Source: an uncultured Candidatus Saccharibacteria bacterium
GTDB taxonomy: Bacteria > Patescibacteriota > Minisyncoccia > Phycocordibacterales > CALRHW01
Assembly (NCBI GenBank): GCA_964407105.1
Contig: CAYOUG010000001.1
Coordinates: 96,227 to 160,226 of the forward strand
Direction of reading: 5' to 3'
Length of the DNA: 64,000 bases
A program made the position numbers and the translations under genes. A model generated the notes under the pieces. The model was not told the DNA's origin. It searched no databases and worked only from the letters and a program-made list of their open reading frames with translations. Below are positions 9,803 to 18,190 of the stretch, piece by piece. Each line of letters opens with the position of its first letter. The first letter of the stretch is position 1.

Positions 9803-10246
9803 ATGAGTTTAATCAGAAACAAAAAAGCTTCATTTGATTATGAAATCAGCGAAAAATTCACTGCCGGTATGGAGCTTTTTGGTTTTGAAGTAAAATCCTT
9901 GCGCGCCGGACAAGGTGCACTTGAAGGATCATACGTTACTGTGCGTGGTGGCGAAGCATATATTATCGGCATGCACATTCCCCCATTTCAACCCAAAAAT
10001 ACTCCAGATGATTATGATCCGCTACGCAATCGTCGACTTCTCCTAACAAAAAAAGAGCTTGAAACCCTCGCTGAAACAGAAAAAAAGAATGGTTTGACAA
10101 TAGTACCGATTTCAGTGTATAATAGCAAACGCAAGCTAAAAATAGAGCTTGGTATAGCACGCGGAAAAAAGAAATTTGATAAACGTGAAACGATTAAAAA
10201 ACGTGACACTGAGCGTGAGATACGACGAACATTGAAAAACATTTGA
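9803..10246 (+). CDS. smpB: SsrA-binding protein SmpB
   Basis: The protein reads 'KKASFDYEI...GFEVKSLRAG...YIIGMHIPPFQ' and has a basic C-terminal tail. Confidence 0.9.
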   Translation: MSLIRNKKASFDYEISEKFTAGMELFGFEVKSLRAGQGALEGSYVTVRGGEAYIIGMHIPPFQPKNTPDDYDPLRNRRLLLTKKELETLAETEKKNGLTIVPISVYNSKRKLKIELGIARGKKKFDKRETIKKRDTEREIRRTLKNI

Positions 10247-10255
10247 TTTACATAC

Positions 10256-10660
10256 GGGGATGATCGGCCTAGACAGGATATCAAATCATATATGTGCAAC
10301 GTAGAGCTTGAATACCTCTTAAAACTTTTCAAAATTCTAAGTGCAAACAACTTAGTTACAAAAGCAAAGTCAGTTGTCTCTCCATATTTTGGAGCAAAGG
10401 ATTTTACTTTCGCTTACGCAATAGCCTAAGCGACGTCACGTGAGCTGTTGTTCGATTGGCTCATTGTGGTGTTATATCATCGAAATAGAATGTGTGGTGT
10501 TTCGACACACATTTGAAATTAATTGAAAATAGGAGTGTGGCGGTTTTGTCTGTTTCATACGCCCCATTCCGAAATCGCCGTTAGGCGAAGAAACTTTCTA
10601 CACGTTGTAGACTCATATGTGATCATGTTCTGCACGGCGGTTCGATTCCGCCCATCTCCA
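10256..10660 (+). ncRNA. ssrA: tmRNA (ssrA); resume codon GCA at 10343; tag reading frame 10343..10429, encoding ANNLVTKAKSVVSPYFGAKDFTFAYAIA
   Basis: The 5' end is GGGGAUGAUCGGCCUAGACAGGAU. The 3' T-arm is GGCGG-UUCGAUU-CCGCC, and the acceptor 3' strand CAUCUCC plus A pairs with the 5' end, including the G3:U70 alanine identity pair. 'UAAGUGCAAACAAC' resembles the E. coli resume context, and the frame ends at UAA. The gene lies immediately downstream of smpB. Confidence 0.8.
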
Positions 10661-11264
10661 CTAGACACGAATTTTGAGCCTCTGGGAGGGTAAATACTCT
10701 TAGGGGTAGCGACAGAATAGCGGTTTCAAACCCGCTATTTTTGTTGTATGCCAACAGTTCCTGAAATACAAGCCTTAAAACCAGTCTTTTTTGGTGAATA
10801 TTACCTTTTTTCCATTTATCTAAAGGGTTCTTCAGAAAATCAAAAACAATATCTAATGCGGTTTCAATGTTTGGTTTGAGTGAATCAAAAGACACGATAG
10901 AACTTTTTAAAACCATTTCTTTTTCTGCGATCTCACTCAATCGTTTCTCATAAACAGTCACCACGTTATCATCCACAGCTCTTGTAAGCCTTCCTAGCAA
11001 TCGGTTACGCTCGATTTCGAGTTCCGCCAACTCATCAAAAATTTGTCTTTTCTTGGCGGCAATTCCTTTCTCTTTACTTTGCCAAACATCTTCAACAATT
11101 TTCTTTGTAAGACTTAATACCGTCTTGCTTGGTTTAATTCTCCATAAGATATCTAAAAACTTCTTTTCCATTACATCTCTATGAATACTTTTATTTCTCT
11201 GGCTACAGCCAGTTTGATTACATCGAAAGTAGGGCTTTTTATGCCTCAATAGCACTATAACCAA
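10623..11264 (-). pseudogene. large serine recombinase, C-terminal fragment only (zinc ribbon, coiled-coil and C-terminal subdomain); the catalytic resolvase domain is missing
   Basis: 'LLRHKKPYFRCNQTGCSQRNKSIHRDVMEKKFLDIL' resembles the LSR zinc-ribbon region. 'KRQIFDELAELEIERNRLLGRLTRA' is coiled-coil, and 'KRLVLRLVFQELLAY' resembles the LSR C-terminus. The frame has no upstream ATG or catalytic domain. Its last 13 codons overlap the tmRNA 3' end. Confidence 0.5.
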
Positions 11265-11329
11265 TTTTCCTTCCTGAATTTTCTCTATACCCCCCTCATT
11301 GTTTGATAAGAATCAATTAGGGAAAAATG

Positions 11330-12148
11330 TTACTCACAGTATTGAATAATTTGATAATTAGTTGTTGTGAGCTGAGCATCCAGCGCATTCATCACACCTT
11401 GATAACGATCATTTTCGTTTTGGATTTCCGTCTCTAATACGCCACCGAACGTCCCCCCAGAATTTTGTTGAATCTGTGAAAGTTTGACGTTATGTTCAGT
11501 TAATGCCGCTTCTTTTTGTTGAGCTATGGACACGGCTTTTGATTTTGATTCTGCACACCAATCTTCCTCTATCGCAGGAACAGAAATACTTTCTGCTTCT
11601 TTTTTTACAAGAATAGGACAACCAATATCCTTATTGTAAGCATCAACTTTTCTAACAACACTTACTAAGATATTTTTTTGCCCAACGTCGTGTATAGAAA
11701 ATACCGCTTTATTGTTATCAATTTGATTTGTGAGATATTTTTTATCCCATTTAATTTCATAATTGGAAATATCATCGAATGGTATGTATATCTCCGCTTT
11801 TACCGAATCTCCATTAAACATTTCGTTTTTTGAAAGATTACATTGAGCAGTAAAGTCTTTTGGCATTGTAGGCGTTGGTTTTATTGGCTGAACAATTTTT
11901 GATGTAGGTATACTTGTTCCGTGTGATTCATTCACTGTTGGAGCCACAACTTCTTGTGTGGTTTTACTTTCACTTTCAAGTTTTTTTTCAAGTTCTTGTA
12001 TTCTATTTTCTAGTATATGAGTCTCGGTATCGTTTTTGTGGAAATTCCAGCTATCAAACCAAGATAAAGGATTCCACCAAGCGGCAGAGACCACTTGTGG
12101 GACTAGAATTGTAACCAGTAATAACATAACAAAGATTATTTTTTTCAT
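11330..12148 (-). CDS. secreted hypothetical protein with a signal peptide and a coiled-coil
   Basis: The signal peptide is 'MKKIIFVMLLLVTILVPQVVSA'. I recognised no domain. Confidence 0.5.
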   Translation of the reverse strand: MKKIIFVMLLLVTILVPQVVSAAWWNPLSWFDSWNFHKNDTETHILENRIQELEKKLESESKTTQEVVAPTVNESHGTSIPTSKIVQPIKPTPTMPKDFTAQCNLSKNEMFNGDSVKAEIYIPFDDISNYEIKWDKKYLTNQIDNNKAVFSIHDVGQKNILVSVVRKVDAYNKDIGCPILVKKEAESISVPAIEEDWCAESKSKAVSIAQQKEAALTEHNVKLSQIQQNSGGTFGGVLETEIQNENDRYQGVMNALDAQLTTTNYQIIQYCE

Positions 12149-12169
12149 ATAATAAGAATTGAATAATGA

Positions 12170-12565
12170 TTATAACCAACTATCGACTCCACCATGATGT
12201 GAACACGTTCCTTTTCTAGATTGACTAAAACTGTAAGTGTCGTCTCGACATCTAGCAGAAGCTCCTATTGGAATAGAATTATCTTGTGTATATGTTGGAG
12301 AATGCACCGAGTTACCGTAAGTATTGGTGTAGTAATTATCATTTGATAGCTCGGGGGTTTTTTGGGAAGTTGGTACTACTTTCTGAACGGTGTTTTGTGC
12401 ATTGACTTGGAACTGACTTGCAGGAGCTACTACTTGTGTCCCCTGAGTATATTGATTTGTGTTGTCACCCTGAAGACCACCCATACCCATCACGGCAACT
12501 GCTGCAACAGAAGCTAATATGTAGCGTTTCTTCTTATACCAAGGACGAGGGCTGTTTGGGTTCAT
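12170..12565 (-). CDS. membrane-anchored DUF3761-like protein
   Basis: It has an N-terminal TM anchor and the C-terminal 'CRDDTYSFSQSRKGTCSHHGGVDSWL', which matches the DUF3761 signature (CSHHGGV..W). Confidence 0.55.
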   Translation of the reverse strand: MNPNSPRPWYKKKRYILASVAAVAVMGMGGLQGDNTNQYTQGTQVVAPASQFQVNAQNTVQKVVPTSQKTPELSNDNYYTNTYGNSVHSPTYTQDNSIPIGASARCRDDTYSFSQSRKGTCSHHGGVDSWL

Positions 12566-12633
12566 ATACTTGAAGACTACACCCTTTCCTATCCTAATTC
12601 AATTCCCATAATGTGATTACAAAGTCCACCAAT

Positions 12634-12670
12634 AAAAAAACCGCACCCTAAGCTTACGCTACAGGTGCGG
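12634..12670 (-). terminator. rho-independent terminator for the 12704..13417 gene
   Basis: On the minus strand CCGCACC...GGTGCGG is followed by T7. Confidence 0.6.
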
Positions 12671-12703
12671 AGGTTCATTCACATCAACTTGTCAACTCCG
12701 TGT

Positions 12704-13417
12704 TCACCGACGACGTCTATATGTGAACATTCCAAGAACAAACAAACCGAGTGCTGATGGACCAGGAACTGTCGAACCGACTGAATCGATCCAGACTTCA
12801 CCTGACCCCATATTGAAATTTACAAAACCGATCGTATCAAAACCCGTAAACGATGGACCCCCATAGAAAGCGATCCAACTGGTCCAGGAGCCTTCATTCA
12901 ATCTGTATCGAGCCGATGCGTCTTGAGAACGCCACTCGATAGTGACGAGGTTCCAGATGTTGTCGGTATAGTCATCGAAACCAACATAAACATCCAGAAC
13001 AGGGTCAATGTAGGCGACCTGACCGCTTTTCATGAACGCCAAAGTCGCTCTCGACGGACCGTCCCACGAATCCTGAAAGAGACCGAGCTGAAAATTCTCG
13101 CCGATGCTGTAGTCTCCCCATTCAGAGTGGTTCACTGTCCGAACGTAAAACGACTGACTCCCATCTGCCAGTGAAACATCACCAGTCTTGGTAATGACAC
13201 TGTCGGCAAATTGATTGCTGCTTCCGATGGCTTCAGTCCCATCAATGCCGATGCCGTCCTGAACCAACCAGGTTTCACCATTGGCCCGATCGAACCAGTC
13301 TCCCTGCCCCACTACTGGTCCACTGACGTAGGAATTGAAATTATCCACGACAATGGAAGCTTGAGCATTCGTAGCCAAAAGAAAAAGCCACATAACGACA
13401 ATCACAATCATTTTCAT
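12704..13417 (-). CDS. secreted protein with a C-terminal PEP-CTERM-like sorting signal, in a GC-rich gene
   Basis: The signal peptide is 'MKMIVIVVMWLFLLATNAQA'. The extreme C-terminus 'VPGPSALGLFVLGMFTYRRRR*' has a Pro-rich motif, a hydrophobic helix and an Arg cluster. GC is visibly higher than in the flanks. Confidence 0.5.
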   Translation of the reverse strand: MKMIVIVVMWLFLLATNAQASIVVDNFNSYVSGPVVGQGDWFDRANGETWLVQDGIGIDGTEAIGSSNQFADSVITKTGDVSLADGSQSFYVRTVNHSEWGDYSIGENFQLGLFQDSWDGPSRATLAFMKSGQVAYIDPVLDVYVGFDDYTDNIWNLVTIEWRSQDASARYRLNEGSWTSWIAFYGGPSFTGFDTIGFVNFNMGSGEVWIDSVGSTVPGPSALGLFVLGMFTYRRRR

Positions 13418-13513
13418 TACAATTCTCCTATTTGAAGGTGCTTGAAAAAACCCATATCACTATACAATAAATCAATAACTAGTCAATGACACCTGGTTGA
13501 AAGTTCTTCTGTA

Positions 13514-13906
13514 TTAAATCTTCACAGCAATACTGCTTTCTTCAATCAAATAAGATTTGAAGATTTTGTAAGCTATCAACGTATTAAATATTACGAAAAG
13601 AACATACCATTGTTGACCAAGAATAATAAAATTATAGATAGAAATCAGTAAAACAATACTCGTGATAGTCAAAGCGGCCCCTTTCTTAGCCTTAAATTTA
13701 TTTGAATACAAGACTGCGGCAAAATAAATAGCCAATATACTTAGAATTGATCCGATTAACGAGTAGTTAGATGAAACCATCTCAATTCTTTCAGAAATCA
13801 CGGTGAGTATAACAACCGCTACATACTGAAACAATATTATCATTCCCATTACAATAATCACTGTTACCCAGATTGGTAAAACCTTTTTATAATCACCTCG
13901 GTTCAT
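13514..13906 (-). CDS. multi-pass membrane protein with about 4 TM helices, hypothetical
   Basis: Hydrophobic segments run through the whole protein. Confidence 0.45.
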   Translation of the reverse strand: MNRGDYKKVLPIWVTVIIVMGMIILFQYVAVVILTVISERIEMVSSNYSLIGSILSILAIYFAAVLYSNKFKAKKGAALTITSIVLLISIYNFIILGQQWYVLFVIFNTLIAYKIFKSYLIEESSIAVKI

Positions 13907-14102
13907 ATATACACTAATTTAACTCCAAACACTGTAATAAGTCCAATATTATTCAATTCCCTTCATGTGATCCAAAATATATTTGCACCCAAGGAAATAT
14001 TAAGTTTTCTTAAGTTATACAACCCCTAAAATCGCTTCAGACGACTCGAAAACCCAAGAATGTAGTTGGTTCCAATTTTCACTCACTAAGTCCACATCAA
14101 AT

Positions 14103-14130
14103 ACAAAAACCGTCCTTACTGGGCGGTTTT
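14103..14130 (-). terminator. rho-independent terminator after the beta-lactamase-like gene
   Basis: ACCGTCC-TTACT-GGGCGGT is flanked by A and T runs. Confidence 0.6.
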
Positions 14131-14133
14131 TGT

Positions 14134-15117
14134 TTACTTATTTTGTTTTTCCACTTCTGTGTACACAATACGTGACACTTCTGATATCACTTCAAGAAGA
14201 GAATCAAAACTGCTACCCCGAGTCATCACACAAAGCAAGTAAGGATCTTTTGGAAAATAGACAATACCGCAGTCGTGAAGTTGTTTAAGATTTTCTCCCT
14301 CAACAATATGCTCACCAAACTTGTGAGCCACCAACACATCAGATGGTACACCTCGCACCAAACCATCTTTAAAGTCAGTTTGAGAAAGTAAAGACAGAGC
14401 GGCATCAGAAAATGGCTTTTCTAAATAAGATGCATTGTAGAGAATTCTGAAAAAAGAACTGTAATCTTTTGCACTCATAAAATCTACATCATCATTTCTC
14501 ACCTGAAAACCAAGATCCTTATAAACTTCTATCGTATGATCAGGGCCTATTTTTTTAGATAGTAAAAGGGCTGCATCATTATCAGAATATATAATCATAC
14601 GTTCTGCCAACTCTCTCAAAGTATATTGTGAACCAACCTGTATACGTTCTTTGGGTGGAAAATTGAGGTCGTATTTAATATCAGAACCAGAAAACTCAAT
14701 AGTCTCTTCTGAAAATTTTGATCTCTCCTCTACCAACTGAAGAAAAGAAATAAGTAATGGAACCTTGAGCATGCTTGATGGCAAAAATTCTTCGCGCTCA
14801 TCAATACCAAACCATGGACCGTTATTGAGATTTCGATAATACACAGCTATATCAGAAACTTTTCCTTGTTGTTTTGTGGAATCAACATAATTTTGAACAG
14901 CGGGCTTAAAATTACTTGTGTTGTGTTGCAACATCTCACCCTGATCACACTGAAGTAATGGGTTTATAAACTTATATTGATTGTCTAATTCATGGGTCTC
15001 ATTGAAATCATCACTAATTCCTGAAACCGGTCTATAAATATGAGAATATGATAGAAACCCAGCAACAAAGGAGAGGGCAAAGAAAACACAAACAAAGACT
15101 CTCTTACACATTTTCAT
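14134..15117 (-). CDS. class A beta-lactamase-related serine hydrolase
   Basis: The SxxK motif is 'SSMLKV'. The SDN loop 'YSDNDAALLLSKKIGPD' parallels TEM 'MSDNTAANLLLTTIGGP'. The KTG position is degenerate ('KFG'). The N-terminus is a signal or TM segment. Confidence 0.55.
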   Translation of the reverse strand: MKMCKRVFVCVFFALSFVAGFLSYSHIYRPVSGISDDFNETHELDNQYKFINPLLQCDQGEMLQHNTSNFKPAVQNYVDSTKQQGKVSDIAVYYRNLNNGPWFGIDEREEFLPSSMLKVPLLISFLQLVEERSKFSEETIEFSGSDIKYDLNFPPKERIQVGSQYTLRELAERMIIYSDNDAALLLSKKIGPDHTIEVYKDLGFQVRNDDVDFMSAKDYSSFFRILYNASYLEKPFSDAALSLLSQTDFKDGLVRGVPSDVLVAHKFGEHIVEGENLKQLHDCGIVYFPKDPYLLCVMTRGSSFDSLLEVISEVSRIVYTEVEKQNK

Positions 15118-15162
15118 GTAGACTTACTATAACTCCAACGTACAAAAAAGCAACGAGTGTTT

Positions 15163-15729
15163 TTAATACTTTCTAACCACACCTTTTACTACAGCCGCAA
15201 TACGAAAACTTTCGCGTGGATATATCGGTTTATAATTTTTATTAGCGGGTTCGAGCCATATTTTTCCAGCCTTAATACGATAAAATTTCATTGTCCACCC
15301 ACCATCTACTTCTGCAATGACAATATCGCCGTCGCGCGCATATTCACGTTTCTCCGCAACCACCATGTCTCCTTCTCGTATTCCCTCTTCTATCATTGAG
15401 TCTCCCTTTACTTCAAGTAAATATGTATTACCTTGATCTTCAATAAGTAACTCATCGAGACTCAATGTATCGAGTGCTTCTGCTTCTGCAACAGAAGGAA
15501 TACCAGCTTCCACCAAACCAAGGACAGGAACTTGGTCAAACATATGCTTTGGAATAATTTTTCCACGGTCGTCTTTTTCAACAACACCTGCGTCGACAAG
15601 TTTGTTGATGAGCTTATAAACAGCATTTTTAGATTTGAAACCAACAAGAGACATGATCTCTTGATAGCTCGGCATACGCCGATGTTTTTTATAAAATGCT
15701 GTAATTTTTTGGAAATACTCCTCTTGCAT
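15163..15729 (-). CDS. lexA: LexA repressor
   Basis: It has an N-terminal wHTH, the cleavage-site region 'VEAGIPSVAEA', and the S24 Ser/Lys dyad ('KGDSM' ... 'MKFYRIK'). Confidence 0.9.
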   Translation of the reverse strand: MQEEYFQKITAFYKKHRRMPSYQEIMSLVGFKSKNAVYKLINKLVDAGVVEKDDRGKIIPKHMFDQVPVLGLVEAGIPSVAEAEALDTLSLDELLIEDQGNTYLLEVKGDSMIEEGIREGDMVVAEKREYARDGDIVIAEVDGGWTMKFYRIKAGKIWLEPANKNYKPIYPRESFRIAAVVKGVVRKY

Positions 15730-15747
15730 TAATTATGTTTTAAATCT

Positions 15748-15942
15748 TTACAAAAATGATACGAAACCAAATGATCGAGCGAGCCACGCACTGCGACGCA
15801 CCTGAGAAATCTGGCTACGAAGCTTTCTGTGTAAACGTGCTTCTTTTGCATATGATTGACCTTTTATAATCTTAAAATCTATTTGTTCGTTGAGTCTTTT
15901 AAGCTCATCGTGAATGGAATACACTAATTTGTTTTTACTCAT
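15748..15942 (-). CDS. small basic protein encoded upstream of, and presumably co-transcribed with, lexA; hypothetical
   Basis: It is 64 aa and sits between the LexA-box promoter and lexA. I recognised no family. Confidence 0.35.
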   Translation of the reverse strand: MSKNKLVYSIHDELKRLNEQIDFKIIKGQSYAKEARLHRKLRSQISQVRRSAWLARSFGFVSFL

Positions 15943-15997
15943 ATTATGGTGGGTTTAAATAAGTATTTGTTATGACCTTTGTATGTATACAGTATAG

Positions 15998-16013
15998 GTG
16001 AACTATCGTTCAC
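15998..16013. promoter_or_regulatory. LexA (SOS) box of the GAAC-N4-GTTC type inside the -35/-10 spacer of the lexA-operon promoter
   Basis: The box is GTGAACTATCGTTCAC, with perfect 6-bp arms. On the minus strand TTGACT precedes it by 1 nt and TATACT follows, 18 nt apart. A degenerate second box, CAACATATGTGC, lies near 16059-16070 on the divergent side. Confidence 0.6.
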
Positions 16014-16120
16014 TAGTCAATGTGGATAACATATCTGCAGAATAAAAATTTTTTACCGTCAACATATGTGCTAGAATATATAAATACAGGTCGATATATT
16101 ACAAGATATTTTGAATACAT

Positions 16121-16357
16121 ATGAACAACGAACACAACAACACCTGTACAACATGCACCGAAGGAAAAACATGTATAAAATGTTGTCAGTGCATACACCA
16201 CAGTATCATTCCAATATTGATGATTTTGTTTGCAACAACATTTCTACTTGGTTATCTAGGATATTTCGATATGCAAACAGTAAATACGATTTGGCCAATA
16301 CTTGTTGGTATCGCCGGCATTGCAAAACTTGGAGATCACAAATGTAAGTGTTGCTAA
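16121..16357 (+). CDS. small Cys/His-rich membrane protein, divergent from the lexA operon
   Basis: The N-terminus is 'CTTCTEGKTCIKCCQCIHH'. Two TM helices follow, and the protein ends with 'HKCKCC'. A terminator hairpin lies at 16369-16400. Confidence 0.45.
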   Translation: MNNEHNNTCTTCTEGKTCIKCCQCIHHSIIPILMILFATTFLLGYLGYFDMQTVNTIWPILVGIAGIAKLGDHKCKCC

Positions 16358-16368
16358 CTTTTTTCTCA

Positions 16369-16400
16369 AAAAACCAGTTCCTCAGTGGGCTGGTTTTTTG
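16369..16400 (+). terminator. rho-independent terminator
   Basis: AACCAG...CTGGTT is followed by T6. Confidence 0.55.
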
Positions 16401-16418
16401 CTAGACTAATATACATAC

Positions 16419-17495
16419 ATGGAAGAAAAAGTACTAAAATTTTTTACACAATCAGACACTGCGTGGGAAGCTATGCTTGAAGCTTGCGAAAAAGCTACGG
16501 TGTCCATAGATATGGAACAGTATATTTTTACCAATGACAGTATCGGCAAACGTTTTCTTGAAATTTTCATAAAAAAAAGAAAGGAGGGTGTGGCTATCAG
16601 ATTGTTGTGTGATACCGTGGGCAGTTATTATTTTTATAATTCAATAGTACCGGAAGAACTTCAGATTCTTGGCATTGAAATACGTTTTTTTAATATCATC
16701 GATCCGTGGCGTATTGGCAACTTTTTTTCTTGGTATTTTAGAGATCATAGAAAAATACTCGTGGTAGACGGTATGGTGGGTATTATTGGTGGCGTTGGTA
16801 TTCGCGAAGATATGGCTTTTTGGCGAGATACTTGTGTACAAATGAACGGTGAGGGTGCACAAGAAATGCAACACACATTCAACGATATGTGGAGACTTTC
16901 TGCGCGAAAAAATATTTTTGAACGTATCAAACAATCAAGAATTGTGACAAAAAGTAAATATGTTGTCACCAATGCCCCCTACCCTCGCCGACGTTTTTTG
17001 TATCGCCAACTTATTAATACTATTCGTGGAGCAAAAAAATCTGTATTACTCACAACGCCATATTTCGTGCCAAACCCACATCTTGTTTGGGCACTAAAAT
17101 TTGTAGCGAAACGTGGTGTCGACGTGCGCATCATTGTTCCACATACTTCGGATAATATTCTAGTAAATCGTGCTTCCCACAGTTTCTTTTTTGATTTGTT
17201 ATCGAGCGGTATACGTATTTATGAATATTCTGGAAATTTTATTCATACAAAAACAGCTATTGTAGATGGACGATGGTGTACATTTGGAAGTTTAAATTTT
17301 GATAATCTCAGTTTCACTTATAATCACGAAGCAAATATTATTTCCACAAACAATATTTTTGTAAACACACTTACAGAACATTTTGAAAATGATTTAGAAA
17401 AATGTAATGAGGTACATATTGATGATTGGATTAAACGACCTTTTTCATGGAAATTTCGAGAGTTTTTAATTCTTCCTTTTAGACGTTTTTTATAA
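16419..17495 (+). CDS. phospholipase D family protein (cardiolipin synthase-like, two HKD motifs, no TM segment)
   Basis: The first HKD motif is 'RDHRKILVVDG' and the second is 'FIHTKTAIVDGRW'. 'GSLNFDNLS' follows. Confidence 0.8.
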   Translation: MEEKVLKFFTQSDTAWEAMLEACEKATVSIDMEQYIFTNDSIGKRFLEIFIKKRKEGVAIRLLCDTVGSYYFYNSIVPEELQILGIEIRFFNIIDPWRIGNFFSWYFRDHRKILVVDGMVGIIGGVGIREDMAFWRDTCVQMNGEGAQEMQHTFNDMWRLSARKNIFERIKQSRIVTKSKYVVTNAPYPRRRFLYRQLINTIRGAKKSVLLTTPYFVPNPHLVWALKFVAKRGVDVRIIVPHTSDNILVNRASHSFFFDLLSSGIRIYEYSGNFIHTKTAIVDGRWCTFGSLNFDNLSFTYNHEANIISTNNIFVNTLTEHFENDLEKCNEVHIDDWIKRPFSWKFREFLILPFRRFL

Positions 17496-17572
17496 AAATA
17501 TAAAAAAGCCGATCGCACAAACATGCGAACGGCTTTGGGTGATGCGGAGTGTTTTTTCAATTACACCGCACC

Positions 17573-18025
17573 CTAGATTTTGTGAGGTTCGCCGTGATTG
17601 CGGCAAGGACTATGTGGTGAATGACCACCACAGTCACAGGTATTTGATCGGCCGAGATTACGACAGGAACCGAGTTTCTCACAATCACAGGTATGTGGTC
17701 GACCAAGATGTGATCCGTCTTCATGTGTCGCACCACCATGCGCGTTGTTTGCCGATGGTTGGCGACATGACAAGTCATCGAACAACGGAGTCTCTTGGAT
17801 CTCTGTGGTTGCAGCGAGTAGAGTCCCCGCCGCTTTAAATAGAGCCCGATTCAATTCTTCTGAACTCCCTTCGGCGATCTGTCTGAGTTCTTCTGGGGTG
17901 GCCCGTCTTGACGCTAGCGCCACCAAAACCCGCCTAGCAATCAATAGTCCCCAAAACGCCATCTCGCAACTCTCAGCTCTTTGCTTTGGCATTTTGTTAA
18001 GCTCAACACTATCACTACCGCCCAT
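17573..18025 (-). CDS. Cys/His-rich hypothetical protein in a GC-rich island
   Basis: AGGAGG lies 6 nt upstream of the ATG at 18025. The C-terminus is 'HTCDCEKLGSCRNLGRSNTCDCGGHSPHSPCRNHGEPH'. The region is clearly GC-richer than its neighbours. Overlapping ORFs on the opposite strand look less gene-like. Confidence 0.4.
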   Translation of the reverse strand: MGGSDSVELNKMPKQRAESCEMAFWGLLIARRVLVALASRRATPEELRQIAEGSSEELNRALFKAAGTLLAATTEIQETPLFDDLSCRQPSANNAHGGATHEDGSHLGRPHTCDCEKLGSCRNLGRSNTCDCGGHSPHSPCRNHGEPHKI

Positions 18026-18190
18026 CAGACACCTCCTGCCCCTTTTAAGGGCAAAAAAGAAACTGAGGAACAAATTTCATCTATATGTATAACACAAAAA
18101 ACCCTTATTTGATATGTCTCAGACCACTTGCTCTATTTTCAAAACAATGCTATATTTTCTTGACGTTATTAGGTTATTTTTATACACATA

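Noticed and set aside
10623-10660. I considered treating the recombinase ORF's overlap with ssrA as a true coding extension.
   Set aside because: The terminal residues 'MGGIEPPCRT' are just the reverse-complement translation of the tmRNA T-arm. The recombinase frame most likely fused into ssrA at the old att junction.
16111-16347. I considered the TTG-initiated ORF in the alternative frame overlapping the 16121 gene.
   Set aside because: The 16121 frame starts with ATG and encodes clean TM helices. The 16111 frame gives a basic, non-hydrophobic product with no features.
17539-17838. I considered the plus-strand His-rich ORF in the GC-rich islet as the real gene.
   Set aside because: It has no SD. 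The minus-strand ORF has a perfect AGGAGG-ATG arrangement. I kept the plus-strand ORF as an alternative in the finding.
17500-18060. I considered whether the GC-rich islet is a structured RNA gene such as RNase P, SRP or 6S.
   Set aside because: I could not find the conserved RNase P P4 motif or the SRP domain IV motif on either strand. It stays protein-coding by default.
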